Positions 40,440 to 52,701 of a DNA stretch of 64,000 nucleotides are shown here, piece by piece. Position numbers and translations under genes: made by a program. The first letter of the stretch is position 1, and each line of letters starts with the position of its first letter. This stretch comes from Mobula hypostoma (Eukaryota). The stretch covers positions 78,246,001 to 78,310,000 of the forward strand of contig NC_086097.1 of the NCBI RefSeq assembly GCF_963921235.1, in the 5' to 3' direction. A model generated the notes under the pieces. It saw only the letters and a program-made list of their open reading frames with translations. It was not told the origin of the DNA and searched no databases.

Positions 40440-40930
40440 CACTGTGCACGGCATTGGCCTCTTTATTTAAGGGAGGATATTAATGCATTAGAAAGAGTTC
40501 ACAAAAGGTTTATTGGAAAGCTTGGTCACTTTAGCATTCTAACCTTGGGAGTTTAGAAATGTATAAGGGGACTTGATTGAAACATATAAGATTCTAATGC
40601 GTTGCAAGAGTTTACAGATTTTGAATCAGCTGAGAGAAAAGAATTACACTGCTGGAAGAACTCAACAGGTCAGACAGCATCTATAGAGGAAATGTATTGT
40701 CCATTTTTTGAGTCTAGAACTTTTATCTGTAGCAACATTTTTGCTTCAGAGGATCATCCTCAAAGGGCAGTACAAAAAGAGTCTTTGAATGCTTTAAGGC
40801 ACATGCAGAAAGAAACTAGGTAAGTATGGAGTAACAGGTTACCACCTTGGCAGGAGTACTGAGCTGAGGTTATAGTTCAATCTTTCATTGTCTTATTAAA
40901 TGGTGGACTAGGCTGAGAAGATGTGGCATA
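40440..40930 (+). mobile_element. Old CR1-like fragment containing a degenerate Penelope-type repeat (~40640-40725)
   Basis: CR1 motifs interrupted by tgctggaagaactcaacaggtcagacagcatctat. Confidence 0.5.
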
Positions 40931-42598
40931 CTCATATTATTAACTTCTCTGAAAGTCCATCTATGGAGTATAATCTTGAAAATATATCAACAAGAACTTA
41001 AAACTGCATATTCCTAAAGGACAGAATTTGAAAATATTCCATTCTCCACTTTAAATGGCTCTTTCATGCAAATCCTGTTAAAGAAGTGGGAGAGAAAACA
41101 AGGACTTTTCCCTCTATGATGCAATTTTTAAATATTACTTCTGCTTGAACTCATGGAGGAATATCAATGTCACTCAATGGAAAACTCTGCCCTCTGAATA
41201 CAGAAATGATATCAAGGCGTTGTCTGTCTCCTTCAAAAGTGACGAGGATTCTTCCGGATTCTGATGAAAATAAACAGAAAGTCAATAACACAGCACAATG
41301 GAAATGTTCTTGTGGTATTCAGGGTCCTCATTTTCCAACTGCCTGGCATTCTGTCTGTCCCAGCTTCAGAAGAACTTCTCAATTCCTCTTATCAGTGTGG
41401 CCTGTCATTCTACTTCCCACTCTTACTGTATAAAGATGCTTAGGAAAATGATTAAGTACTTTTCAAAAACTGCAAAATAATTTGAGAGAGCTATAAAATG
41501 ATAATGATATTTTATTTTCAAAAACATTCCTGACATATACAGTAAATAATTATGTCAGTAAAAATGTCAACAGTGGACGCCAATACATCATATGACACAT
41601 CATAAACACGAACTGTATGGAGCATCATCAGTATTTCATTCTGGAACCACTTAGCATTGCATTCCTTTCAGTGAGCTGCTGACAGTCAATGATTAGAGTT
41701 CGGTCACTATATAAGATTCACTTCCTAAGGATCATTCTGTTTCACTTTTCACTGCATGAATTCAAGTCAAATTAGAATAAAGGATGACATAAGCACAGCA
41801 TCATATCAATGATGAAGGCCTGACCAGTGGGAAGCTGCAGCCTGACAGATGTTGATGAAACAATCTTGCTGTACCGGACAAGATTGAACAAGACTATAAA
41901 AATTCTTTAATGTCTGCATCAAGGTGAAATCAGCAGAGTAAGGAAATCTGACATTAAATGGGGTCTATAATTACTGGGAAGGCAAATTGATGTAAGTCTG
42001 TCCAATATAAGGCGCACAACTATCACTGGTCCAAACAATTTTAGACTCTCTGCCTTTGACATTTTGGTAAGAATCTAATGCACACTATTATCAGATGTTC
42101 CCCTCACTCAGCTTCCTGCTGAACCATTGACCCTTGTCCTCCTTATTCCTAACTGTATTCTGCATACCACATCACATTAGAGGGAAGGATCGAAGCCTCA
42201 GCTTGATGCAGCTGGAATTTCCAGTTATCAAGACCTGGTATATTCCTGCTGTGCATCCTGGCTTAGAGCTGAGACTCTTAGGAAGTATCTGTCTAAGAAT
42301 TACAGCTGCTTATTTTCTATTAAAGTCTTGCCAAATGTTTGCTCTTCCAGGCACTTCTCGTCACGGTTCCCCGATTTTCTTAAATAGCAGCCGAGACAAA
42401 GGAAATGATGTAGTGTCTCCTTTAAAAGTTTATTGGAATAAATTCAAAGTTAACAAAATAAAATATAAGCAATCTCTATACTTTGTCCAATGAGCAAAGA
42501 GAGAGTAATTCATAAAAATGTTTTCAAGCATTGGTCAGCAATCACTGTGGTCTTATTTTTAAATTTCCAATGAATATTTATCAAGATCATACAGTATA

Positions 42599-44985
42599 TG
42601 TTAGGTTTGTGGTACTGGGAAGCCAGGTGGCCAGGAATAACACACACAAGAGATGGAGAGGTGAGGAACAAATGTGCAGCTATTTATTTTACTTGTAAGT
42701 CATCCACCCATAATGCCTTCTCACATTATATTCAGTATGTAACACACAGGGAAGCTCGGCAGCAAATCATAAGTGTCAAAATATACATGAGTACATAACA
42801 TAGCCCTCCCCCCAAAAGGTTTCTCCCTCTTCTCCAGCCAGTCCAATGGCTGAACTATTAACATTCAATTGAGTAATCATCAAATTTGACAAACAACAAT
42901 CATTTTTTTCTAAACTAGAAAAGCGGGTAGACTGCCTCTATTCCCAGACAAAACCCTGGGGATTATTCTGCCCATGTGCTGAGATTTTGGTCACTAAACT
43001 AGAGATTCAATCTGCCTGGAGGCTCTCTGTTCCTGTGAAGGTACCAATGACCTGAGGATGATGCCAACATTTTATCCCTTCAGGGTGTATGTACAGTATA
43101 GATCATGGCTTGGGTACTGCAGTATCAGTAGGGGACATCTCAGAAAGTGCAGGTAATGGGAGAGCACTGGCTGTGTCAGTTGATATTAACAGAAGTTCTG
43201 AAGTCATTGTCTCAGAATCCGGTCCCACTTCTGCAACTGGATCTGGATTGATCTGTTTGTGTTGGTTTTCAATAGCCTGAAAAGTGGGCAACAGCTGATC
43301 AACATGCCTTCTCCAGATGTTGTGATTACTAATTTCCACTGGGTACGATACAGGACCAGTTTGTGTCACCACCATTGCAGGTATCCACTTTGCTCCAGAA
43401 ATGTAGTTCTGGGCAAGTACTCTCTCTCCTCCTGTGAAACTTCTGTACAGCAATTTGGCACATTTCTCTGCTTGCGCTTTCTATTCATTTCTGTTCATTC
43501 ATCTGTTTGTGTTTTGGCATCTCAGCTGGTCAAGCCAGGTGCAAAACAGTTTTTTCATCAGTACAGTTGCTGGAACCATTTTGGTGGCGGTGGTATGTCA
43601 CAAGAAAGTGCCAAAACACTGGTTAAGAGATCCACTTCCCACTACAGTCTTGAGGGCTTGTTTCATTCTTTGTATGAATCATTCTTCAAGGTTATTAGTG
43701 GCTGGATGACCGAGCATCACACACAAAATGCTGGAGGAACTCAGCAGGCCAGGCAGCATCTATGGAAAAGAGTAAACAGTTGATGTTTCAGGCTGAAATC
43801 CTTCATCAGGGTCAGAGGGCAGCAGAGATCACAGAGGGAGAGCAATGAGAAAGGGTTTCACTAAACTCCCATTGAAGGGAAGATTTAAACTTCTTCAGGG
43901 TAGGCATCCCCGGAAGAGACTTCTCAGTGTAGAACCCCAATCACAAACAAGAGAAAACCTGCAGATGATGAAATCTGAGCAACACACACAAGATGCTGGA
44001 AGAATTCAGCAGAGCAGTCAGCTTCTATGGAAAAGAGTGAACAGTTGACGATTTGGACTGAGACCCTCCATATGGACTCAGTGGCCGGATGATATGGTAC
44101 TGGACTGATGTGCCAAATATCATTTGCTTCCATGAATGTCTTGAACTCTTCATACAGGAGTTGTGGGCCATTGTCACTTACAATTGTTTCAGCATCGCCA
44201 CAGACTGTGAAATAGATTCACCTTCCTCTCGATTCCTTTTTTGAAATCTAAACCTCTCAGCAATAATCAAAGATTTAGGTGAATAGTGGTCCTTTCAAAT
44301 TTTAACTATGTCTTCACAGGGCTTATTACCAGGCTTAGCAGGATGCACTAGACGGCATAATAAATTAAATGTGTTTGTACCCATCATGGTCAGAAAAGTT
44401 AGAAGATGAGTATCTTCTGAAATTTGATTGTCCAGTGCAAAATATTCAAATCTTTCAGTAAATGAACTCCATTTCTCTGTCATTTCATCATACAGGCTGT
44501 ATTTCCAAACATTGTTGCTATTTTCAAACACAATCATGTTCCAGAAAAGTGGACTAGTCTTATCCATTTCTCTCTCTCCCTCGTATTTGTTTTATTTAAC
44601 TGTCCCATTTTCATTTTCTTCCCTCAGATTATTCTCTCCCAGTGCTTCCTGCAGCTGTTTACAGTTCCCTCAACCACGTTACACAGTGGTACACCACCAG
44701 CATTGCACAGGGGCTTCTCTGGCCAAACAGAACAAAACAATAAATATCGCATGAGGACCTGTCACCTAATCACCAGCTATTTTGTTTCTGGTACTGGAAA
44801 GCCGGGTGGGTGGCCATGAAAACATTCACGAGAGACGGAGAGGTGAGGAACAAACGTGCAACTGCTTATCTTACTTGTAAGTCATCTACCCAGAATGCCC
44901 TCTCACATTATGTTCAATAATACATAACACACAGGGAAGCATGACAGCAACCCGTAAGGGTCCAAATGTACACGAATACATAACA
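42599..44985 (-). mobile_element. Internally deleted Gypsy/Ty3 LTR retrotransposon with both LTRs
   Basis: ~200-bp direct repeats 42599-42800 and 44778-44985, reading TGTTATGTA... on minus. PBS-like TGGTGA lies 2 nt after the 5' LTR; PPT GGGGGGAGGG at 42804-42813. gag remnant 44295-44567; integrase remnants (IVSDNGPQ, PYHPAT, WRRHVDQL). Confidence 0.88.
43710..44079 (-). mobile_element. Penelope-like tandem terminal-repeat insertion (two hammerhead motifs) inside the Gypsy integrase
   Basis: 13-bp TSD AGTGGC(T/C)GGATGA at 43697-43709 and 44080-44092; two direct copies of the repeat separated by a ~130-nt spacer. Confidence 0.8.
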
Positions 44986-44994
44986 ATTTAGAAC

Positions 44995-45670
44995 TACGAA
45001 ACATAGAAAACCTACAGCACAATACAGGCCCTTCGGCCCACAAAACTGTGCCGAACATGTACTTACTTTAGAAATTACCTAGGGTTACCCATAGCCCTCT
45101 ATTTCTCTGAGCTCCATGTACATGTCCAGGAGTCTCTTAAATGACCCTATTGTATCCACCTCCACCACCGTCACCAGCAGCCTATTCCATGCACTCACCA
45201 CTCTCTGCGTAAAAAACTCACCCCTGACATCTCCTCTGTACCTACTTCCAAGCACCTTAAAACTGTGCCCTCTTGTGGCAGCCATTTCAGCCCTGGGAAA
45301 AAGCTTCTGACTATCCACACAATCCATGCCTCTCATCACCTTGCACACCTCTATCAGGTCACCTCTCATCCTCGTCGCTCCAAAGAGAAAAGGCCGAGTT
45401 CACTCAACCTGTTTTCATTAGGCATGCTCCCCAAGCCAGACAAAATCCTTGTAAATCTCCTCTGCATCGTTTCTGTGGTTTCACATCCTTCCTGTAGTGA
45501 GGTGACCAGAACTGAGCACAGTACTCCAAGTGTGGTCTGATCAGGGTCCTATGTAGCTGCAACATTATCTCTGGGCTCTTAAGCTCAATCCCATGATTGA
45601 TGAAGGCCAATGCACCATATGCTTTCTTAACCACAGAGTCAACCTGCGCAGCAGCTTTGAGTGTCCTATT
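44995..45670 (-). mobile_element. Relatively young CR1/HER1-like LINE 3' fragment
   Basis: ORFs 45404..45634 (RPHLEYCAQFWSPHYRKD) and 45085..45369 (RGDLIEV...TRGHSFKV...FFTQRVV). Confidence 0.9.
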
Positions 45671-47039
45671 TGATTTAAAAGACTTGAAGATACTAGAAGT
45701 ATTTGGAGAAAACTCTCCTTCTGCAGAGAGAATAGAATTGGGATGGTTCTAGCTAGTCACACCACCAAGCTGTGATGTGTAAACAGTTCAATCACCACGT
45801 CATTTGTGTAGATTTATTTTTCCCCAGGAACACAATATTCCATAAATTCTGATATTTAACCCTGTAGAAAGCATAAGGAATCAGAAATAAAGGTAAGCAA
45901 ATTTAGAATTATTGACTTATATGACATATTAATAAATTTAAGCCTAACATGGGGTAAACATTCACAGCATGAATAGAGTGACTGGATTGGAGGTTATGCC
46001 TCTGTGCATCATATCACAAACATCTGTACTGATGTAGATAACACACTTCATTCCACAAGTTGACTAAAACCCCAGATATTTTCATACTTCTGCTAAAAAA
46101 GCCGATGATGTCCATCATATTTTTTTGGCTTTCAGTTAAATCTGTGATTTTGTTAATTAATGCAAAAGAACATTGCTGCTTAATTCTTCTGTCTGCTACT
46201 TTAACCAAAATGATTATCTATTTGACCTGGTACTAATACTGTGCAGAGCAGCTTCAGGGTTTGTCATTTTAAAGTTTCTGAGCCAACATAACTTGTTTAT
46301 AAACTTCAGACCGCTGATGTATCTTCGGCTCTTATAATTTCATAGCAAAGCAATGAGTATATCCTCCAAAATACAAAATGCAAACTGAGGAATAATCTTT
46401 TTTACACCCAAAATACTTCTCTAAATTTAAAGGGGGAAAAAAACAGAAATATGTTTTACATAAATAAAAATAAAATTGCTAAACAAATGTTTGCATTAAA
46501 GAATAAACTTGTTGGTGCATTTTCAGAAGAGGTACCAAAAGTGCCTGATTAAAAACTATACATCAACAGATGGAACTATTAACTGTTACTGCAATCATCT
46601 GGAACAACTATTACAAAAAATGTTTCAGTAACATTTTAATTTAGTTTGGAGTGCCACGCTTGCTGGACCTAATAAACCAAGTTAAAGTCTAAGATGTTAC
46701 AGATTACAAAGTAGAGAACTTAGCTGTCAAGTGATTTTGAAAGTCAATTATTAAAAGGCTAAAACCAACCTTTAAAAATGAAACTAATAAAAATGCTATT
46801 ATTAATGCCAGTATTTCTATGTATATTATTTAAAGGTGAAGAAACAATGTGGCATTTTTTGTCAGAAAGTTATCTCCCAATCATATGAAAAAGACTCTTG
46901 TCATATATCTGGACACCAGGAATTAATTTGAAATAGAGTCAAACAATTGCATGCCCTGATTTTGATCTCACACTTTCAGTAATTCATAACAGTCCAAAGA
47001 AAATCAACAAGATATCTTTGAAATGTAAGCACTTCTACA

Positions 47040-47640
47040 ATGTAGAGATAAAGGCGATAATTTATACACATACAGGCCACTTCTTAGCCTCCAGTTCTTG
47101 GCCCTGGACTGTCAGACTCACAGACATCAGGCCTCCAATCTCCATTCCCTGGCGTGGACTTGCAGACTTTGGTCTTCGGGCTTTTACCTCGGGAGTCCAA
47201 AAGGTCATCAACGCTCGAGCTATCTACCTCCAAACTCACAGAGCTCTGGACTTCATCTTTCAGTTATGCCCTCCAGACATCACTGACATCTGGGTATCAA
47301 ACCCATGGCCTGATCACAGGCTTGACTTCAAGCTTTGATCCTAGAACCCCGGGACTCGCTAATCATGGGTTTGATTTTGGGTCCTGACTTACAGACTCAT
47401 ATGAACTTTCAGTCCTGGTGACCATGGGGATTACAGCCCACGTGACCCACACTTGTATAGACCTCCAACTTGGGATTCACCAGCCTGGGGCTCACTGGTC
47501 TCCTCAGCATCTCCTGAACCATGATCCAGGATCACTGACCTTGCAACTCAGAGCACTTTGGGCCTCAACTTTCAGACTCATGGTATCTGGACTATTTACT
47601 TGACTAACGCTCTGAACTATGCCCCCAAATGCACTAGAGA
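47040..47640 (-). repeat. Unclassified interspersed repeat with degenerate internal subrepeats
   Basis: Resembles the reverse complement of the 5' parts of 26900-27170 and 50586-50830. Confidence 0.4.
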
Positions 47641-49070
47641 CCACTACCTCTGGCTACATATCCTGCTCAAACTCTGCCACCACCACCCCATCACATTCTA
47701 GTGAATGAAATAGATGATATACCATCAAGATTTCTGAATTATTGGATGCTATATTATCAAAGTTTTGCATGACAGACACTAAACAAACAAACAGCTATCA
47801 GTTCTAACGTTCAACTAACCATCACTTGTTGGAGAGTTGATATTCCGGTATTAAAATTCTAAAAAGTCCAATTACCTATTTTTCTAATAGTACCTCGCTG
47901 AATTGAAGGGATTAATGCTAAATGAACCACATAAAATACTAAGGTGAATGCTGATCTCAAATTCTGTCCCCTCCTGGACACTCTAGAGTTATTTATGAGA
48001 TACACATACAAAAGTTCAGCTGCCCTTTAAATACAACTGCAGCAACAAACCTTTTGTGAAGTGTCAGAAAAACTTGTCAGTGAACAATGAAATGCTGAAT
48101 TATGATGTATGGCATCATCAAACAGAATAGTGAACTGTGGTGAATCTCTTAAGAACCTAATTTCGCAGAAATGTGTGAAATTTTGTTCTGGCCTTGGGCC
48201 TGGCCAGGTTGCACAGAAAATGAACAGCAAAGGGAAAGAGAACATCAAGATCAGTCAGCTGCGATTTCAGGTCTGTCAGACAACTGATCTTGTGGTATGG
48301 AAGTTGAAACAACAGTGGCAGGGTGCAACAGCTAGCAGATCGCTGCACCACTCTGTGCTCAGTCCCCTGAGAGGTTCTCAGGTTCAAAACAGTGATGTTG
48401 CTCTCATCGGAGAAGCATGTTATCTCTTATCATGACCCCTCAAGATACATGCTTACACATGACTCATAGATGACTGCCTCAGACTGCTCCTCCAGTGGGC
48501 CCTGTTTAGCAGTTTGAAACCACGATATCGAGGACAAGAGCTTCTCTGAGACATCCTCTGAGTAGACAGATGGAAAAACATCAGCTAGAATGGAGCAAAG
48601 GGGTGGTACTGCAGAGGAATTGTAGGACATTAAGAGTAAAATGAAAACACACAGAGCCATGCAATGCCAAACATTATGGTTTTCAGTTATTGTATTACAC
48701 AATATTTTGTAGTTATAAATGATTTGAATTAACTATCACAGTTTAAGTGCATTTGTATTCTTCAAAATGCAGATATAAGCAACATTGATATTGAAGCTGC
48801 TAGTGTTGCAGTAGACCTTGCCTCACCTCACTTGGAGAGGTTGATAATGAAATTTGCCCAGGAGTGTCAACAATGTGATACCTAATGAATAAGTATGTCA
48901 GCAGGTAAGTGCTGATGAAGACACTCCCTGTTAGCCTTTTTACACACAGTGGACATTACAAGAAGTCTGAGCAGCTTGCAAAGAGCTCTAAAGCTGTGCA
49001 GAACATTGGGTTTATCCAATGTCAATCGACACCTCTTTAAGTAACGACAACAGCAACAAAGTAGTATAAA

Positions 49071-49205
49071 GAGTCCTGCTGAAGGGTTTCGGCCCGAAAT
49101 GTCGACTGTGCTTTTTTCCATAGATGCTGCCTGACCTGCTGAGTTCCTTCAGCATTTTGTGTGTGTTGCTCGGATTTCCAGCACCTGCAGATTTTCTCTT
49201 GTTTG
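49071..49205 (+). mobile_element. Single copy of the Penelope-like terminal repeat, with hammerhead motif at 49072-49107
   Basis: AGTC-CTGCTGA-A-GGG-TTTCGG-CCC-GAAA-T-GTC-GACT. Confidence 0.8.
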
Positions 49206-50429
49206 TGAAAGTATTGTTGTTTCTGGCAGAAACTCGGGATGCAACAGAATCACGACAGTGCACATTGAGGTATCAAAATAGAAAGAGGGGTGAAAAAGAT
49301 GGCACACTTGAAGGAGATGAGACCATAGAAGCAGGATGGAAAATCACAACATGATCTGGTAATGGATTATCCCCACATCCTTTTGCTCAACACGTTGGTG
49401 CAACTTCACCAGGTACATTAAAGAAAGCAAAGCCAAGCAACAATAAAGATTTTATGACATATAGGAAAAGTGTAGATCTCAATAAAATGTTATTGGTCTC
49501 TGATAGTGCCTATCAATTAAAGAAAAAGTTAAGGAAAAAAATTATTGTGATATTTTACCTTGCTTGGATTTCTGGAAGGTAATATTATAGAAAGCAGAGG
49601 ATTGAATGTACTAATACAATTTCCCAAATATATAGAATAATTCAAAGTATTTGCCAGCTGTGACTGAGTGAATCGTAATGCCAAAGTTGCCTACCACCTG
49701 GAAGTGTTGCTGTAAAGGCACAGAGCAATTCAATTAGCTAAATTCACTTTCAATGCACATTGCGGAATCTCTGTGTTCTCTGCAGCTTCCGCAAAGGAGG
49801 ATAGCATACTATCAAAAATGTGCGTACCATAGCTTACTATCTTTTAGACTGGAAGGTAAACTGAGGTCATGACACATCTGTATGGCTGATGGAAATTCTG
49901 CTGTGCAGGGGTACAGCAGAAATATTGGGCTATTAGATTCATAGAGATCTATATAAATTGAAAAGGACAGTTCCATTAATCTGCCAGCAAAGCATAAGCA
50001 CTTAGAACAAATGGAGAAAGGGCCTCATGACAAATCACCTCACTGGGGCAAGCTGATTTTGACTTCCAACTGCAGCTGATGTAGATGAGGTGAAAGAATC
50101 CCATTGGAGCCTTCACTTCTGGCTATGATTCAACATATGTTTGAGCCCTACTTTCAATACAGATGAGATGAGTAGCTTGTTCTGCTTTACCTCAACGTTC
50201 TGGATTTTCTTTGTGTCCATTTAACTGCAAGTATATCATACAGATGTGAAATTGATTAATTGCTGAAGGAGGCAGAAGTGAAACCACAGAGATTTATGCT
50301 GTTCAAGTGGAAAAAATATAAAGTCAAAAATAAGTTCATGCCAATGCAATGGACAAATGTTTAAGGTAGCATTGATAAAATTTTCATCCTACAGAGAGTA
50401 ATTTGACAGCTCTATAAAATTCTGATTGG

Positions 50430-51465
50430 ACTACATTTGTCACCTCATTTTAAGAAAGGTGTAGAAGTTATGGAGAAGGTGCAGAGAAGACTTACCAGCA
50501 TCCTGCCTGAATTAGAGAACAGGTCTTATGAGAAAAGGCAGAGTGATCTTGGACTTTTCTCTTTGGAGTAAAGGAGGACGAGAGACTGGTGTTTGGAGTT
50601 CTGTACAAGTCTGGAATTTGAGGCCCAGAGTTCAAATTCCCATGATCAGCAGGTCCTGGGGTCGATACCAAAGGTCAAAGACCAAAATCGACGAGCCTGG
50701 AAGTCGAGACCCAATTGTTGAAGCCTCTGGTTCAGCATGGTAAGAAATCAGAGGCCTGATGTTTGTGAATCTGTGAGTCAAAGACTCACTGCCTGTGAGT
50801 CCAAGCCAAGGACTGTCTTGGGGTTGAAAGCTTGTCTATGTTTGGGAGTGGGTGGGTAAGTGGAAGGAAGGCAACAGCCCTGTTTTATTGATGTTGTTTT
50901 GTTGATACTGTTGTGTTGCTGTTGTTATTATTGTTGCTTGTGTTGTTCTGTTGGACATTGTGGGCATATTGTGTTGGCACTGGAATGTGTGGCAAAACTT
51001 GCAGACTGCCCCCAGCACATCTTTAGGCTGTATTGCTTGTTAACACAAGCATTGCATTTCACTGAATTGTGCGATGTATAAGTTATAAATAAATAAATCT
51101 GAATTGGAATTTGATAGAGATGTCTAAGATTATGAGAGGCACAGACGGTGTGGACAGCCATCACCTTCCTGCCAGGATGGCAAGGGTTAATACCAGAGGA
51201 CATCCATTTAAGATTAGTAGAGGAAAGTTTAGGGAAGATGACAGAAGTAGTCATTTTTTTACACAGAGAAATGGGTGCCTGGAATGCACTGTTGAGGATG
51301 GCAGTAGAGGTTGATACTAAGGGATATCTTAAAAACTCTTAGATACATGGATGTAAAAAATGGAGGATTATGTGTTGTATAGGAGGAAAGCATTAGATTG
51401 GTTGTGGAGTAGTTTATATTGGGCTGAAGGGCTAGTACTGTGCTGTACTGTTTAATGTTCTATAA
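50430..51465 (+). mobile_element. CR1-like fragment split by an inserted repeat (50586-51107)
   Basis: CR1 coding stops at ggaggacgagagact and resumes at ttgatagagatgtc; the insert ends in ataaataaatctgaat. Confidence 0.75.
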
Positions 51466-52270
51466 ATGGAGCTCAGAGCAGTGCAAATTGAAAGTTAAAT
51501 GATTTCCCTATCTACCCTCAATGAACAGATTGGCAAAAGTGGAAATTTGGGGAGCTGCATTAACACAAACCTTGTTTGTTTCAAATATGCCAACAAACGA
51601 TTTCAATTACCAGAATCAGATTGAGGCAGATTCCTTGGATGTCTACAAGGTAAACCTTTCTTTTTCAGGTACTTTTGGTTTCAATGTGATGACAGTGAAT
51701 GTAAAGCAAACCTTTTGAAGCTTGATATACTATTTCTGGGTCAAGTAACCTGCATGAATTCAAGCTGCTGCTTTTGTGTTGAAGAAAAATTCCAGTACAA
51801 TAAGCAAGAGGGGAAGGATATTTCTACACAGTTTAGCTTCTAATCCCCCTGGACCCATGGTATACAAGATGCATAATTTAATTTTCAGTCATCTCCCCTG
51901 TTAGGTGGGAACCTGTAACTCAATACATCTGCCACAGTTTCTGTTTTCAACTTGCTAAATTGGGAATGTCATTACTGCTGCTGGATTGTGAGATGGAACT
52001 TCACAGACAGCTTCTGATGTCTGGACTCTGACAGATTCAGTCAGTCATAAGCTTTTGCTACTAGGATCAGTCCTAAGCTCCCTAAAGTGAAACTGGAATT
52101 CACATGCTCACATCATGAATACAGCTTGTGTAAAGATGGGTTGTATTTAATTGAATATATGAGATCTAGGCTTGATCTGATCAGGTTGTTTAAATGTTGA
52201 GATTTCATTGGATGGTTGTGGAGAAACAATCTGAGAGATCGATAAATAGTTAGGAGAAATGCTTCAATAA

Positions 52271-52701
52271 TATTCAGTGGCCACCTTATTAGGCACACCT
52301 GTTTGTTAATATCTAATCAGCTAATCATGGTGGCAGCAACTCAGTGCATGAAAGCATGCAGATATGGTCAAGAGGTTCAGTTGTTGTCCAGACCAAACAT
52401 CAGAAAGGAGAAGAAATGTCATCTAAATGACTTTGCCTGTGGAATGATTGTTGATGCCAGACAGGGTGGTTTGAGTATCTCAGAGACTGCTGATCTCCTG
52501 GGATTTGCATGCACAACTGTCTCTTTAGTTTACAGAGAATGGTATGAGAAACAATAAACATCCAGTGAGGAGCTGTTCTGTGGCAAAAATGCCTGGTTAA
52601 TGAGAAAGGTCAGAGAGGAATGGCCAGACTAGTCCAAGCTGACAGGAAGGCAACAGTAACTCAAATAACCACGCTGCACCTAATAAAGTGGCAACCAAGT
52701 G
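52271..52701 (+). mobile_element. Tc1-like non-autonomous transposon retaining the transposase HTH
   Basis: TIRs (cagtggccaccttattagg / cctaataaagtggcaac); ORF 52303..52557 GMIVDARQGGLSISETADLLGF...TVSLVYREW. Confidence 0.85.

Noticed and set aside
49058..49215. TSD for the 49071 hammerhead copy
   Set aside because: Only AAAGTA matches in A-rich flanks and it does not abut the left boundary; not convincing.
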